In this document: positions 1 to 11,011 of the stretch, piece after piece | How the letters are laid out: each line of letters opens with the position of its first letter | Numbering within the stretch: the stretch's first letter is position 1 | DNA from: Phoronis australis | Taxonomy: Eukaryota; Animalia; Phoronida | Assembly (NCBI GenBank): GCA_002633005.1 | Contig: NMRA01000101.1 | Coordinates: 62,539-126,000, forward strand | Length of the DNA stretch: 63,462 nt | Direction: 5' to 3' | Notes under the pieces: model-generated | Told to the model about the DNA's origin: nothing | What the model saw: the letters and a program-made list of their open reading frames with translations, nothing else | Databases searched by the model: none | Translations under genes and position numbers: made by a program

Positions 1-288
1 CTTGCGCTCTAGAGACTTTCAATTGCGGTCGTGAAGAACAGTAAGGCCGTACCTGCATGAATGAAGTCAATTTTGAGATCCGAAATTTGTGAGCATTTAA
101 CGCTGCAGGTAAGAGCATAATCTAAACATTTTCTTGATGATCTAAAAAATCTATTTTGGCGCGTAAAAATGGCGGGAAAATTTTGCGACCTGGCATTTAC
201 GAATGCGAGCTGGATTTTGAAAATGCGACCTGGGATTTTGGCTAGGTCGCAAAATGCGACCTGGCGATTTTAATAGCGTCGAGCCCTG
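1..288. mobile_element. End of a hAT-like DNA transposon/MITE (rest lies outside the window)
   Basis: Ends in ...GTCGAGCCCTG (CAGGGCTCGAC on minus) with clustered TGCGACC subterminal repeats at 184-265. Confidence 0.6.
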
Positions 289-399
289 TCAGTACGCCAA
301 CGAACAAAGGCATCTGATTGTTTACATACTATGCATGTCGGTGATGATCGTCACCGTCACGTTTCCGTGATTTCAAAGCCCTTGGACAAACGCCTTTAA

Positions 400-801
400 A
401 GCCTAACTTCAACGGATTTTTTGTTATATTAGATGTACTGGGCTAACCAGATAGTCCTAGCAAAGCCTTTGTAAAATAAGAAAACGCGAGTCCAATCACG
501 CAAACGTAAGCCCGTCCAGTGAAGCTGCTTTTTCGTGCCATGTTGCGTCACCGCGAGATCCCAGCACAAGCAACAAAAGGTTGTATTGAATAGGGGTCTG
601 AATAGAACACCATTGCGTGCGGGTATTATTCGCAGCTGTTTGACTTAAAGGGTGATTCTCGCGGTGACGTAAACAAAAGCGAGCTAATACGCCTAAAAGT
701 TCGTTACATATTTGGCAATTTTTGGCACTAGTGGGCTCAGAGCGATGCTCTTAACATATTGTAGGAACCAAATTTACAAGTGTTACCGTTGAAGATAGGC
801 T
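400..801. mobile_element. Kolobok-like MITE
   Basis: TIR AGCCTA(A/T)CTTCAACGG at both ends, flanked by TTAA (396-399 and 802-805); internal inverted repeat GTCACCGCGAG/CTCGCGGTGAC. Confidence 0.75.
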
Positions 802-1215
802 TTAAAGCCGCTGCAAACCTGTCTGGCACTTAAACTTTGAGAAAGCCCTTTAGACTGCTAGCCACAATGAAAATTAGCATGTTCTTACGCATGTTCTTAT
901 TGTTTGAGACCATGCTGGCAGCAAAAATGATCCTTCGTCGCACCCTAACTTTTCAGGCCTGGTCTGAAGCCTTAAAAACGAAGTGACATTTGTTTTTGAG
1001 CGCAAACATCACCCGATTGAGTAAGGAACAAACATGACGCCAGCTTTACAACAATAAGTAGGCTAAATTGAGAATGAGTTTCACTTATTGTGCTTTCTAA
1101 ATTCTCGTTCCTGTGATGCGTTTTTCTTCCCTCGTATTAATTTTTGGCTGAAACCGGATCTAGGTATATCACTGTATCACTGCTGCTCAAAGCAGTATCT
1201 TTAGTTCAGTATAAT

Positions 1216-1870
1216 GGAACCTGAGTGACGATGAAAAAACAGAAGCTGCTGGTAAGATGTGAATTTTAATCGAAGCCTTAGTGAGTCACTCAGAAACTCA
1301 TTAATTCTCTCTTTGTCAAACCTTAACTTAAGACGATTTCCAAAGCAATCCCATCATTATTGCCAACACGAACGGATTTGGTCTTTTGGACATTTGAAGA
1401 CTATTTTAAATACAACAAATTTGTTAAGAACCGATTGCACAAAATATAAAACGTGTAATAAGCATTACAGAAAGAAGTAGGTTTCGCGCGCAAACGCTGT
1501 GGACCATAAACAAGTAGGTCTCTTAGTTTAAGTGTATTAGTGAAATCGTGGTGGTGTAGTGGTAAAGCACGCACGTCCTATCAGTCAGATCGTGAGTTCG
1601 AGTCTGTGAAACTCGCAATTTTTCCTGTGTGACACGTTCTCCGTGTTTTTTTTTTTCTTTTTTGTCTTGGATAATACATCAGAAATCAAGGAAAATGCTT
1701 GATTTTTAGAGGAAAAAACAGAAAAATTTCCTGGGCGGGAGGGGGGCAAACCCCCCTTCCCGACCTCCTCCCATTCGGTGCTATGCGCATCTACAATCGT
1801 GGTTTGCGCAAATGCTTAGAGCCGGACAAAATGTTGGCGCCCCCCTTGTGATATCCTAGATCCGCCACTG
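1216..1870 (+). mobile_element. Partial copy of hAT-like MITE family A (carries a tRNA-like Pol III promoter)
   Basis: Inverted close match to 8628-9140; ends in CTAGATCCGCCACTG; A box TGGTGTAGTGG 1552-1562 and B box GAGTTCGAGTC 1594-1604. Confidence 0.75.
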
Positions 1871-2716
1871 ATATGATACGATCCTGGTTTTATAAACCTG
1901 GTACTTCAGCTGTCAAAGGCAAGGCCTACGTGTTCAAAACTAATGTATTACGCTGCTTCAGATTACAACATTCAATGTTTATAACAACCTCAGTCTTTAG
2001 ACTAAAATGTATCACTTATGACAATCATGACAGATATCTTCGACGAACCCCGGCTGAATAACAGGCTAAATAGCCCACAATAAGATTGCCTGGCTGATAC
2101 TAATCCCAGGTGAATTGTTATACGCAAATGTTGTTAACTGTGACTCCCCGGCTTTATTTGGTGCCATAGCCATTGGGAGTGACGTAAACATGCTGTGAAA
2201 CAGCTAATCTGGTACCTTACACATGCTCGGCAGGCTGACTTGGACCACAAAGAGGGCTTTAAGCCGAACTAATCTTTGTGTTGTGAACATGGTAGTAGTC
2301 AGTCTATAAGCCAGATGAGGCACGTGGTCCTCTAACACGTGTTGTTTTATTAAGGTACGTGCAAGCTTCAGGAAAATTATCGATCTAAAACTTGAGATAC
2401 TCCCTAACTTCCTAATGTTTCTATGGGTCTCAACTTTGTCTTTCTCTAAGATACGGTTGAACTTCAGGACACTTTTTCAAATAATTTGTTCAGATTCGTG
2501 AACCTGTCTTTGATAACAGCTTTGCTGATAGTCTGTGGACTGTTTGTCAGACTGAACTGCGTTTTGCCATAGACTATAGTACAGGACCGCCAACTCCGTT
2601 TACTTTCAATGGACGAAATCTGTGGTCTTACGCACAAGCCTTTACGTCATTATTCACTGGCGACACCTGGCTCAATTATCTGGTGTAATTTCCGGCAAGT
2701 ACGTCGTCTGCTAATC

Positions 2717-2912
2717 ATGGTCGGTTGCTGTGTGGCCGGTTGTTCGGCTACGCAGGCGAAATGCAGAGGCGTTAGCTTCCATAGTGTACGAAGACCACAA
2801 AATCCGCTTTGGGAGAAAAAGTTATGTTCTTGCGTCGACGTGAATGGAAGTTTTTCTTCCAAAAAAAAACTCATACATTTGTTCACGACACTTCGAAGAT
2901 GGGTGTTTTTTA
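2717..2912 (+). pseudogene. Frameshifted THAP zinc-finger domain (P transposase N-terminus)
   Basis: MVGCCVAGCSA..VSFHSV..PLW, then in a shifted frame LPKKNSYICSRHFEDGCF*: the THAP C2CH signature split across frames. Confidence 0.75.
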
Positions 2913-3687
2913 AGAGGCTCTGGTAGGCCTACTACTTAATCCTGTCTTCACAAATCCATTTTTCTTTTCTCCGTTTTGATGAAAACTATCTGGTAAACTT
3001 TTTGACGAAAAATGTCCGCTAAATTTCTTCCAATGGTAGTGACTGGTGAACTCTTGTCCTTACGAGGACCTTCAGCCATAGTCTAGTGAGCGAATTAACC
3101 AAATTACTCTTAGGTGGCCCTGATCAGACGGTTGGTCTCAGCATAATGCGCAGATTTGGCCAGGATTTGGATCAGCGATTTCAACAAATTCACATTCGTG
3201 TACAAATAAATAGGACGCTAGTAAAACCTTTAACATAAATAAAGATTACATTAATACTTCAGAAATAAATACCTGGACCTGTCAAAATCTATCCCGCAAT
3301 TCAACAGCAGGTTACATACTCAATTATTTATGTCGACTGTATGCCGCACAAAACTTGAACCATCTTAGCCAAGTACGCTGCAGTCTATGAAAATACCAGA
3401 ATAACGAAAAACCTCGGAAGCAAGGGAAATGAACCCTAAGAGGTAGCAAGCAAGATAAAGGGGGTGGTAGGGACGTGAAGCTGACGTGTGCTAATTTTCA
3501 ATTTCATACTTTTATGTGGCATTTTCATAATTTTGATTTGAGATGTCAACTCAGATCAAACGGTTTGAAAGTTCGGATTTTTAATTTGTAATGAACTTGA
3601 GTTGCACTGCACGTGACCTTTTATGAATTTACCGTAGTTGGCTACAGACAGGCCCACCTTTATAAAAACTAGCAACGTAGACAAACG

Positions 3688-3844
3688 CATGCGCGCACCC
3701 AGGGGAAAAGTCCAAGAGAAAGAGACGAAAGTCCACAATACGGCAGCACCCCGTTTTTTATTTTAGTTCTCACGCTTTTTGTTAGCAAAAGGTCCACTTT
3801 GCCAGAGATTCGAGCCCCCGTATTAGAGGCTGGGTGCGCGCATG
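3688..3844. mobile_element. Small MITE with 5-bp TSD (hAT5-like)
   Basis: TIR CATGCGCGCACCCAG...CTGGGTGCGCGCATG; AAACG on both sides. Confidence 0.75.
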
Positions 3845-4123
3845 AAACGTCTACACAAATTGCACCCAATGCAGCTCCTGGTTTAAACGCGGGCTTCTTT
3901 TTCAAAGTTTGGTCAGGTATAAATAACGCCACAAACATGGAGGTTCACTGAAACACGTCTACCTTACAGATGTGACAATCCCTAGCCACGGAAAACTTGA
4001 GAGGCCGACAAAAATACTAATGATGAAATACCGGTGATGATAATCATCCACTTTGTTAATTTACTTCACCTACACAATTGGAAATAGCCGCTAAAATGAA
4101 ACTCATTCGAGTAAGCACCACGT

Positions 4124-4262
4124 CATGCGCGCACTCAGAGGGGGGGTTCGAGCCCCCCCCCTTGGCGAAGTGGGCAAAAAGGTCTGCCCGCTCTCTTGTT
4201 AACAACAGGTCCATAACGTCAGGAATTCGAGCCCCCCATTTTGAAGACTGGGTGCGCGCATG
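4124..4262. mobile_element. Small MITE with 5-bp TSD (same family as 3688-3844)
   Basis: TIR CATGCGCGCACTCAG...CTGGGTGCGCGCATG; CACGT on both sides. Confidence 0.75.
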
Positions 4263-4456
4263 CACGTGAGTCCCTGGACAGCCCCAATATGGTAAAACCC
4301 AAGGAGCTCAAGTCGGGGTTAAATCAGGATGGGCATAAATAAGGAAATTTACTGTATCAACAGATTAGACAAATAAGAATAAGATACAAAGCATTGATAC
4401 AGTGTACACGCGCACAATAACTGGGTCTATCAATTTTCCCGCCGCAAGCGATTGAA

Positions 4457-4473
4457 CCAATCGGATCACCAAT
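4457..4473 (+). promoter_or_regulatory. Paired CCAAT boxes upstream of the zinc-finger ORF
   Basis: CCAAT at 4457 and 4469; TATATA near 4595. A promoter role is inferred only. Confidence 0.35.
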
Positions 4474-4759
4474 GGCGCAAACCTTTCGAAAACAAGCCTA
4501 ATTTTTAGGGAGTCTGTTACTGCTCTTTATATTTTCAAAACTTTAATTTGTTATAGTTAATTTATTTGCTGTGCACCTCAATGAGACCAGTTCATATATA
4601 TGCATTTAACACTATTAATACATTGTAAAACCATAGATTATGCACTATCAACATGAGCCAAAAACAGTACACCCCTTTATTAAAAAATGGGTTAAAGGTT
4701 AGAAACAAAGGACGAGAGCGTAGACAAGTTTCCATCACTTGCAACGTCGATTTTTTACG

Positions 4760-5077
4760 ATGGACGTTGGAGAAGAACATCAGTCTGGTGACAGCAACAC
4801 GGAATCGTACGAAGGCGATGATTTTCGAAATTTGATTCGTTGTGTTGTTTGTCATTTTTTTCCTACAGTTCAGGATTATTTGTGGATACAGGAACAAGAA
4901 CTGAACGATGCAGGGTTCGTGACAACGTTGGTGAACGGTGATATCTATCTAAGGTGTTACAACTGTCATCGATATTGTCATCTCCTCTGTTTTCATCCAA
5001 CCTTTCCAGATGAAAACTTTAATGAAGAGGACCTTCAGTACTTGAGTGAGCATGGCATACTGTGTGATTTATGTTGA
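4760..5077 (+). CDS. Intronless 105-aa acidic protein with a C4HC3 (PHD-type) zinc finger
   Basis: ATG in good context (ACGATGG); C-x2-C-x34-C-x2-C-x4-H-x2-C-x24-C-x2-C (CVVC...CYNCHRYCHLLC...CDLC*); uninterrupted; stop followed directly by histone-type stem-loops. Confidence 0.65.
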   Translation: MDVGEEHQSGDSNTESYEGDDFRNLIRCVVCHFFPTVQDYLWIQEQELNDAGFVTTLVNGDIYLRCYNCHRYCHLLCFHPTFPDENFNEEDLQYLSEHGILCDLC

Positions 5078-5087
5078 ATTATTCAAC

Positions 5088-5103
5088 GGTTCTTTTAAGA
5101 ACC
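5088..5103 (+). terminator. Histone-mRNA-type 3' stem-loop 1
   Basis: TCAAC-GGTTCT-TTTA-AGAACC-ATTTC: 6-bp stem, 4-nt U-rich loop, 10 nt after the stop codon. Confidence 0.75.
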
Positions 5104-5128
5104 ATTTCACGCTATACCTACAACCAAC

Positions 5129-5166
5129 GGCCCTTTTAAGGGCCACTCAACACTGCCCAGAAGAAC
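5129..5166 (+). terminator. Histone-mRNA-type 3' stem-loop 2 plus candidate histone downstream element
   Basis: CCAAC-GGCCCT-TTTA-AGGGCC-ACTCA (stem-loop 5129-5144) fits the SLBP-binding consensus; purine-rich CAGAAGAAC at 5158-5166. Confidence 0.85.
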
Positions 5167-6166
5167 TGCTCACTTGAGAATGTTGATTTATAAACACGCT
5201 TTCGTAGTTTTCTCAGTAGGCCTATGTGAACCGTAAATCAAAAACTGTCCGATAACTATGCTGCTATTGGGCAAGCAGACGACATAAAGGGTCGGAACCG
5301 AAGTTTGAATTTTGAAATTAATTACCAGTAGCATTGCCAAAAGTACTCACAATACCAACACTTCTACTATTGAAAGATTTTGAAGAGCGTTTCAATACCG
5401 AAATTAATATAAATTAATGTTTTTTTCGCTGTTTTGGACAGTAAAGTAGATGCAGGTATTTCTCGTCAAATTAAAACTGACCGGAAATTGCAGCAGATAG
5501 GTCAGGAGAGGTCAACTCAGCTCGTAAGAATATGCCGGAGTTGCGAATCTGTTGTCTATAATCTATGGTTTTGCCAACAACTGCTTGGGAAGTAATACAA
5601 ACTACAGGTTCTCTGAGCTGTACTTATGAGAATCATCTCCAGTAAATGATTTACTGCGCCATTATGCCTTTCTGTTGTTTGAAGACTAAGTGACTCTGAT
5701 GTCTCTGAACACATTGTCTAAATTTGACGTAATTTTTCCAGTTCCCTGTGACAGCTCTGTATATCCAAGAAGCTTTCCTAATTTAACCAAAAGCAGGTGG
5801 TATTCTTGCTAACCACCTTTGTCATGGTGGATTTCACAACAAAACCCCTTGTATGTTAACAGAATTCCCAGGGTTAGGTTGCATTTCCTTTTGTTACTAG
5901 TACTGACTAGTCAGTAGTTTCATTTTGCAAACATTTACCAGACAGAGTGCTTGTTGAGGGAACAGAACGTCACGTTTTTGTATTGGTGTTCCGCAGGTAT
6001 TCAGAGGAGTGAGGCATTTCTGCTTGGTAGCACAGTCCATTTAAGGCAGTGTAAAATGAGCCAACTGCCTTTTAGATATGTTAGATACATGTACTTTTGT
6101 GCAACATCGTTGTTTTGTTTTATTGCTCACAACCACTAATTAATTTTATGGCCCCATATTATGTGC

Positions 6167-6297
6167 CACCTCTACACACCTCTACGCATCTCTGAACACC
6201 TCTGCACGCCTCTGCACACCACCTCTGCACACCTCTACACACTACAGGTCTCAAGGCCGCCGGTCTGGTGTTGTTACCACTGAGCTACTGAGGACCC
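6167..6297 (-). repeat. About 10-bp tandem repeat (CACCTCTRCA)n next to a tRNA-like SINE head
   Basis: About 7 degenerate units at 6167-6241; the minus strand from 6297 reads GGGTCCTCAGTAGCTCAGTGGTAAC (A-box-like). Confidence 0.5.
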
Positions 6298-6835
6298 GAT
6301 ACCTGTGCAATTACTAAGTGCAGCCAAATGTTATGTCTTACATCCCGTGAGCGTCGTTTCGAGGCCGGCTGCGTATAGAGTGTGTCTTTGTGATGCCTCC
6401 CAAGCCAGGCCCGTAGCCAGCATTGCGCGGGGGTGTTTCGAATTTCTAGAAAGGTGGACCTTTTTCAAATGTCGACACTCGAGTCTTCGGTAAGACGCCT
6501 GAATTTAATTTTGGGGAAAGGAAATCTGTATCCACGGCAACGATGACTCTCAGCTCCATGTCTTCCTGGTCGAGATAAGACGGAATTTTTAATACCAGAA
6601 ACGAGGATGTTGTGACGGTTGCTCACAAAAAACGGAACTCAAATTCTGACGTAATGTAATCCACAAATATAGGCCTAACGCTCTCGCGTTACCTCCTGCC
6701 AAACTTTCAAGCTTTTTTAAATGAGTGATTACACCTCATTACATACTCGGACGGTAATAATTAGTCGGAGAATGACTTGACGTAGTTTTTCGTCTGATTG
6801 CATTTTTGTTAAAAGTTGCTGACATCGCTGGAAAT

Positions 6836-7636
6836 GGGAACAGCCCACTATTCTGAAGGTTCACCACTCCGAAGGTTCACTACTGCGAAAATGTCTAAAA
6901 TTTCTGACTCAGGTGTAACTCTTATACTTTTACATGCAAAAATAAACGACACTTCGGTTATCAGTTGCAATTATACCGACAACAAAACACCCGGCTAATA
7001 AATCACTTTGTTTGGATTTCACGCGCAAGTGAATCTGTGTGCATGTCTTACGAATACGGAAAATGAGTACGTACTTGCCTAAAAGAATACGAAGCAACCA
7101 CGATACATTCATCAATTCCATGTCAAGATCGCATAATCTCACAGCGCGACAGAAAAGTTTAGGGCCGCTCCGCTTCAACCTCACCCACCGGAACTAATCA
7201 CACGGCCGGATCGAAACTAAATGAAGTTAGTTGGCTACCCTGCCCCTGGCAGTCTTCACGAAGTCTCATTCAATCTGCTTAAATTTAAAACCGCCGTTGG
7301 TCGCCGCATCCCGGACCCATGTCCCAGATGTTGTCCCTAATTGAGAATAAGTCTTTAGTAATTAGATTCAAAAATCACGATTGCCAGTGATTGGAAGTGA
7401 GCTCTTTTGTAAACAATGCAAATCATTTTTTGGGGACTATTGAACTCTTGCACACTTTTTAAATGGTTATTAAATGGACCCAAATGCAATACTTTATTCA
7501 TGTCGGCTCTGAATCATTAATAGAAAATCAGAGAAATGACTCACCGGAGTTCTGGTTTCGGAATTTTGGACATTCGAAGTAGTAAACTTTCGAAGGTAGC
7601 GAGCCTTCGGAGTAGTGAACCTTCGGACATGTAACC
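6836..7636. mobile_element. MITE with inverted arrays of short (TCCGAAGGTTCACTAC-like) units at both ends
   Basis: 6845-6895 and 7570-7636 are reverse complements built of the same short repeat; exact ends and TSD not resolved. Confidence 0.5.
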
Positions 7637-8627
7637 TTGGAAATCTTTTCCATCAAGTTTGTTGCTCATATGACTAATCTGCAAGGCTTTGCACCATTGA
7701 CATTGACTTACAAGAAACGAATTTCTTCATTGACCAAAATTTTAATCACTTGGTCTTGACTTGCCTTATAATGTCAACATTCGGGGATTTCTCAGAGCAA
7801 GAAAAAGCGGTAGCTAAATGTCTGATTTTTGAGAAACGACAGAGTAGTCAGTGAACTTACCGTCTTCGTGTACTGAATTTAAAAGAACGGAAACGCACAC
7901 AATTGTACACGCATGCATGTCAATCCACCTATCCACAATCAAAGTGAAAACTTGATGAACAAGATATTTGACGATCGCTTTCAATTCGAAATCTGAAAAT
8001 GTCTGCACTTTATTCATACTATGTTAGAAATACACCGAAGAAGCAAATAACAAGCCCCTTTTCTGCTCTTTTGTTTCTTGGTCGATTTTAAGGCATTCAC
8101 ACCGCACTCCTTTTTTTTGGGGGGGGCTCTCTCAATGCTATATACTGGCAAGATCATTGAGCCTTGTCCAACCACACCTGCCAAGCTGGACTGTTAGATT
8201 TACATATTTAGCTACTTAGTACTGTTCTTCCAGCTACATCATACAATAAGGCAGAATAATCCTTGTATGATTGTAGAGGCAGTGATAGGCCACCCACTGT
8301 CCAGGAAGTTAGTTAATTGTATCTATAGTGCATAATTTATATAACCATTAGTTATAGTCATGACACATATTTTAATTAATAAACAAAAGTTATCCGTTGC
8401 TGTAAACTATTTCAGCCAGTGGACTGTTTCACCTGATTTCCATCCGACGACTATGGTCAACTAAGCTTTTACAGAAAGGGTATGTCATAGTATTGCTGCA
8501 CTATCCTCTGTGGACTCTACCAGTGCCTACAGACTATCATGTTTATATGTCCTCTGTGTTTAAACCATGTTTCCTGTACTACAGAGCTCTCTCTCTCTCT
8601 CTTCTTCCGGTCAGCGCCATATATAAT

Positions 8628-9400
8628 CAGTGGCGGATCTAGGATATCACAAGGAGGGGCCAACAAGCATTTCCCTTGATTCCTGAAGTATTATCCAAGA
8701 AAAAAGGCAAAAAAAAATCGGAGAACGTGTCTAACAGAAAAAACTACAATTATCAGAGACTTGAACTCACGACCTGGGGGATAGAGCGCGTGTGCTTTAC
8801 CACTACACCACGACGACTTAGCTACTTGATTAAGAGACCTTGTTTATGGTCCACAGCGTTTGCGCGCGAAACCTACTTCTTTTTGTAATGCTTATTACAC
8901 GTTTTATATTTTGTGCAATCGGTTCTTAACAAATTTGTTGTGTTTAAAATAGTCTTCAAATTCCCAAAAGACCAAATCCGTTTTTCGTGTTGGCAATAAT
9001 GACGGGATTGCTTTGGAAATCGTCTTAAGTTAAGGTTTGAGAAAGAGAGAATTATGAGTTTCTGAGTGATTCACTCAGGCTTCGATTAAAATTCACATCT
9101 TACCAGCAGATTATGTTTTTTCATCGTCACTCAGGTTCCGTTTTCTTTAAAAATGAAGTAAATTTTCTTCATTGCACAGTGGAGCAGACGACGGAAACGG
9201 AGTCGTAGTGCACAGCGCCACTGCCGGTCGCCTGGGATATCAGGGGAGAGCGTATACTTAGCCATAGTTCCGTTACGAATGCGCCGTGTTCCGAATTTAA
9301 CACTTGAAATTGGATCTGAGCCCNCGCTCTTGCTGTTTTCGTTATTTTTTGTGGCAGCCAAGGGGGGGGCGGCCCCCTGTCCCCCCTAAATCCGCCTATG
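8628..9400 (-). mobile_element. hAT-like MITE family A, copy with both ends
   Basis: TIR CAGTGGCGGATCTAG / CATAGGCGGATTTAG; 8-bp TSD TATATAAT versus TATAAAAT (1 mismatch); N at 9324 stands where the 14657 copy has about 110 extra bp. Confidence 0.75.
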
Positions 9401-10876
9401 TATAAAATAAACCACATGTATACCGTTCGTACTTAATCTATGTGTACCTAATGTGTACTACAACCATCCATAATATAACATCCAGTTTCCGCAACTTTGG
9501 TTCAAATTGTGTTTCATTCATAGATCGCCACTATTTCTTGCAAGCAAGTTATGAAGAGACCGAGATTGTTTATTTCATATAAGCTTAGTTGCCAGAACTG
9601 CAAGCGGTATTTGATTTTATTGTCATTTCTTGGACTTTCATGAGTTGGTCTGTAGTTTTTGAAATTTTTCCATTCAGTGACTTTGTGCAGTGCTGTGTTC
9701 AACGTTTGTTTAAATAATAATGCGATTATGAGTATATGTTTAAAACTAGTATTTCTTGTTTTCAATTGTCTCACTGGTTCATGTATATTAACCCCGCGTT
9801 CACAATTGCCATAGAAAGCTTGGTTGTAAACTGTCCTTTTGCTTATATCCATACAAACTGTTTATTAAACTAATGCAGCTGATCAAAAGTAGTTCCATCC
9901 ATTCATTTGTGGTTTTGGAGTATGGGTCTGATGTGTCTGTCAGCACTGAATTAGCCTGGTGTTTTTGTAGTTAGATATTGTTAATGATATAAGGGCCTGA
10001 AAATTTTGAGACCAGGCCGAGCAGTCGTCACGGAAAGGTTGTGCAAACTTTATATCAAAAGCTCAGTATGCCTGGCAATCAGAGATGAAATAATGGGTGT
10101 ATGAATTCAGTGTGTACCTATTGACTTTGTATATATTGTTGAAATACGGTTATGGGCCAGAGGCCTGGTGAATCGCAATAAAGTCTTTTCTATCCTATTC
10201 TTCTATTCTCATTTAATTAGTTCTTCTTTGTTCTATTAAAGTGATAGAGGGAGACATTTAATTCAGTAGGTTTTACTTCTAGTCTCCTACTTTTCATAGC
10301 GTGTTATATAATCATGTATTCGCATGACTGTTTTGTTTTTTATGTATGCTACGAAATAAACGTATATTGACTATTGACTCAACTTTAATAAAATGAATCC
10401 TATCATGTGACGACGAGAAAAGCTGAGGTGGCGCTGCTGTGCGTGAACTTGGAATCATTCTTGACAAAATCGCGTACGCGTGAACTCGGAATTGAATATT
10501 TATTTGGGCAATCGGGTGACATTTTTTCATCAGTGTAAAGCATTTTTGTTATCATTGGTCTCGCGATTACCCATTTTCTCCTTCACTGTAACTTGTGTCA
10601 AAGAATCGGAGGAATATGTGAATGTTTTAATTAATTGTTTGGTGACTAATCGTCAATAATTGAAAAATATTGGTTAAAATTTACATTGTTTTATTAACAT
10701 GTAATTTTATTTAATGCAGAGCAAATTTTATCAACGTGAACGTGAGTATTTGAGTGAATTTGTCAAGTTTCTTCGTGTATTCACGCATACGCAATCTTGA
10801 GGCAAGCAAGATTCCACGTTAACGCACAGCAAAGCTACTATTGCCTTACCACACTTTGACGTCATATTTAGCAAAA

Positions 10877-11011
10877 ATGGCATCTGCCTTGTCGTGGGTG
10901 CCTGATACGCTGTATAATTCTGCAGTTTGCACAACAGTTCTGAATTACAGTAAATTTCGGAGGGAAATCAAAACGCTTCACGAGAATGTACAATTCGATA
11001 TTTATTACAAG
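10877..11011 (+). CDS. APPBP2: APPBP2 coding exon 1
   Basis: AAAATGG start; MASALSWVPDTLYNSAV...ENVQFDIYYK; donor AAG|GTATTC. Confidence 0.9.

Larger units (their letters stand above)
2568..5567 (+). mobile_element. Non-autonomous P-element (THAP transposase family) derivative, 3000 bp
   Basis: About 30-bp imperfect TIR, CATAGACTATAGTACAGGACCGCAACTCCG versus CATAGATTATAGACAACAGATTCGCAACTCCG; 7-bp TSD GTTTTGC (2561-2567 and 5568-5574); THAP relic at the 5' end. Confidence 0.8.

Noticed and set aside
1547-1615. tRNA gene
   Set aside because: A and B boxes are present but no acceptor or anticodon stems can be formed; it is part of a repeated MITE.
5040-5170. Histone gene
   Set aside because: Stem-loops are present, but the upstream ORF is acidic and Cys-rich with no histone-fold or Lys/Arg-tail similarity.
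9514-9852. 112-aa minus-strand ORF
   Set aside because: No recognisable motif or splice context; AT-rich, likely chance.
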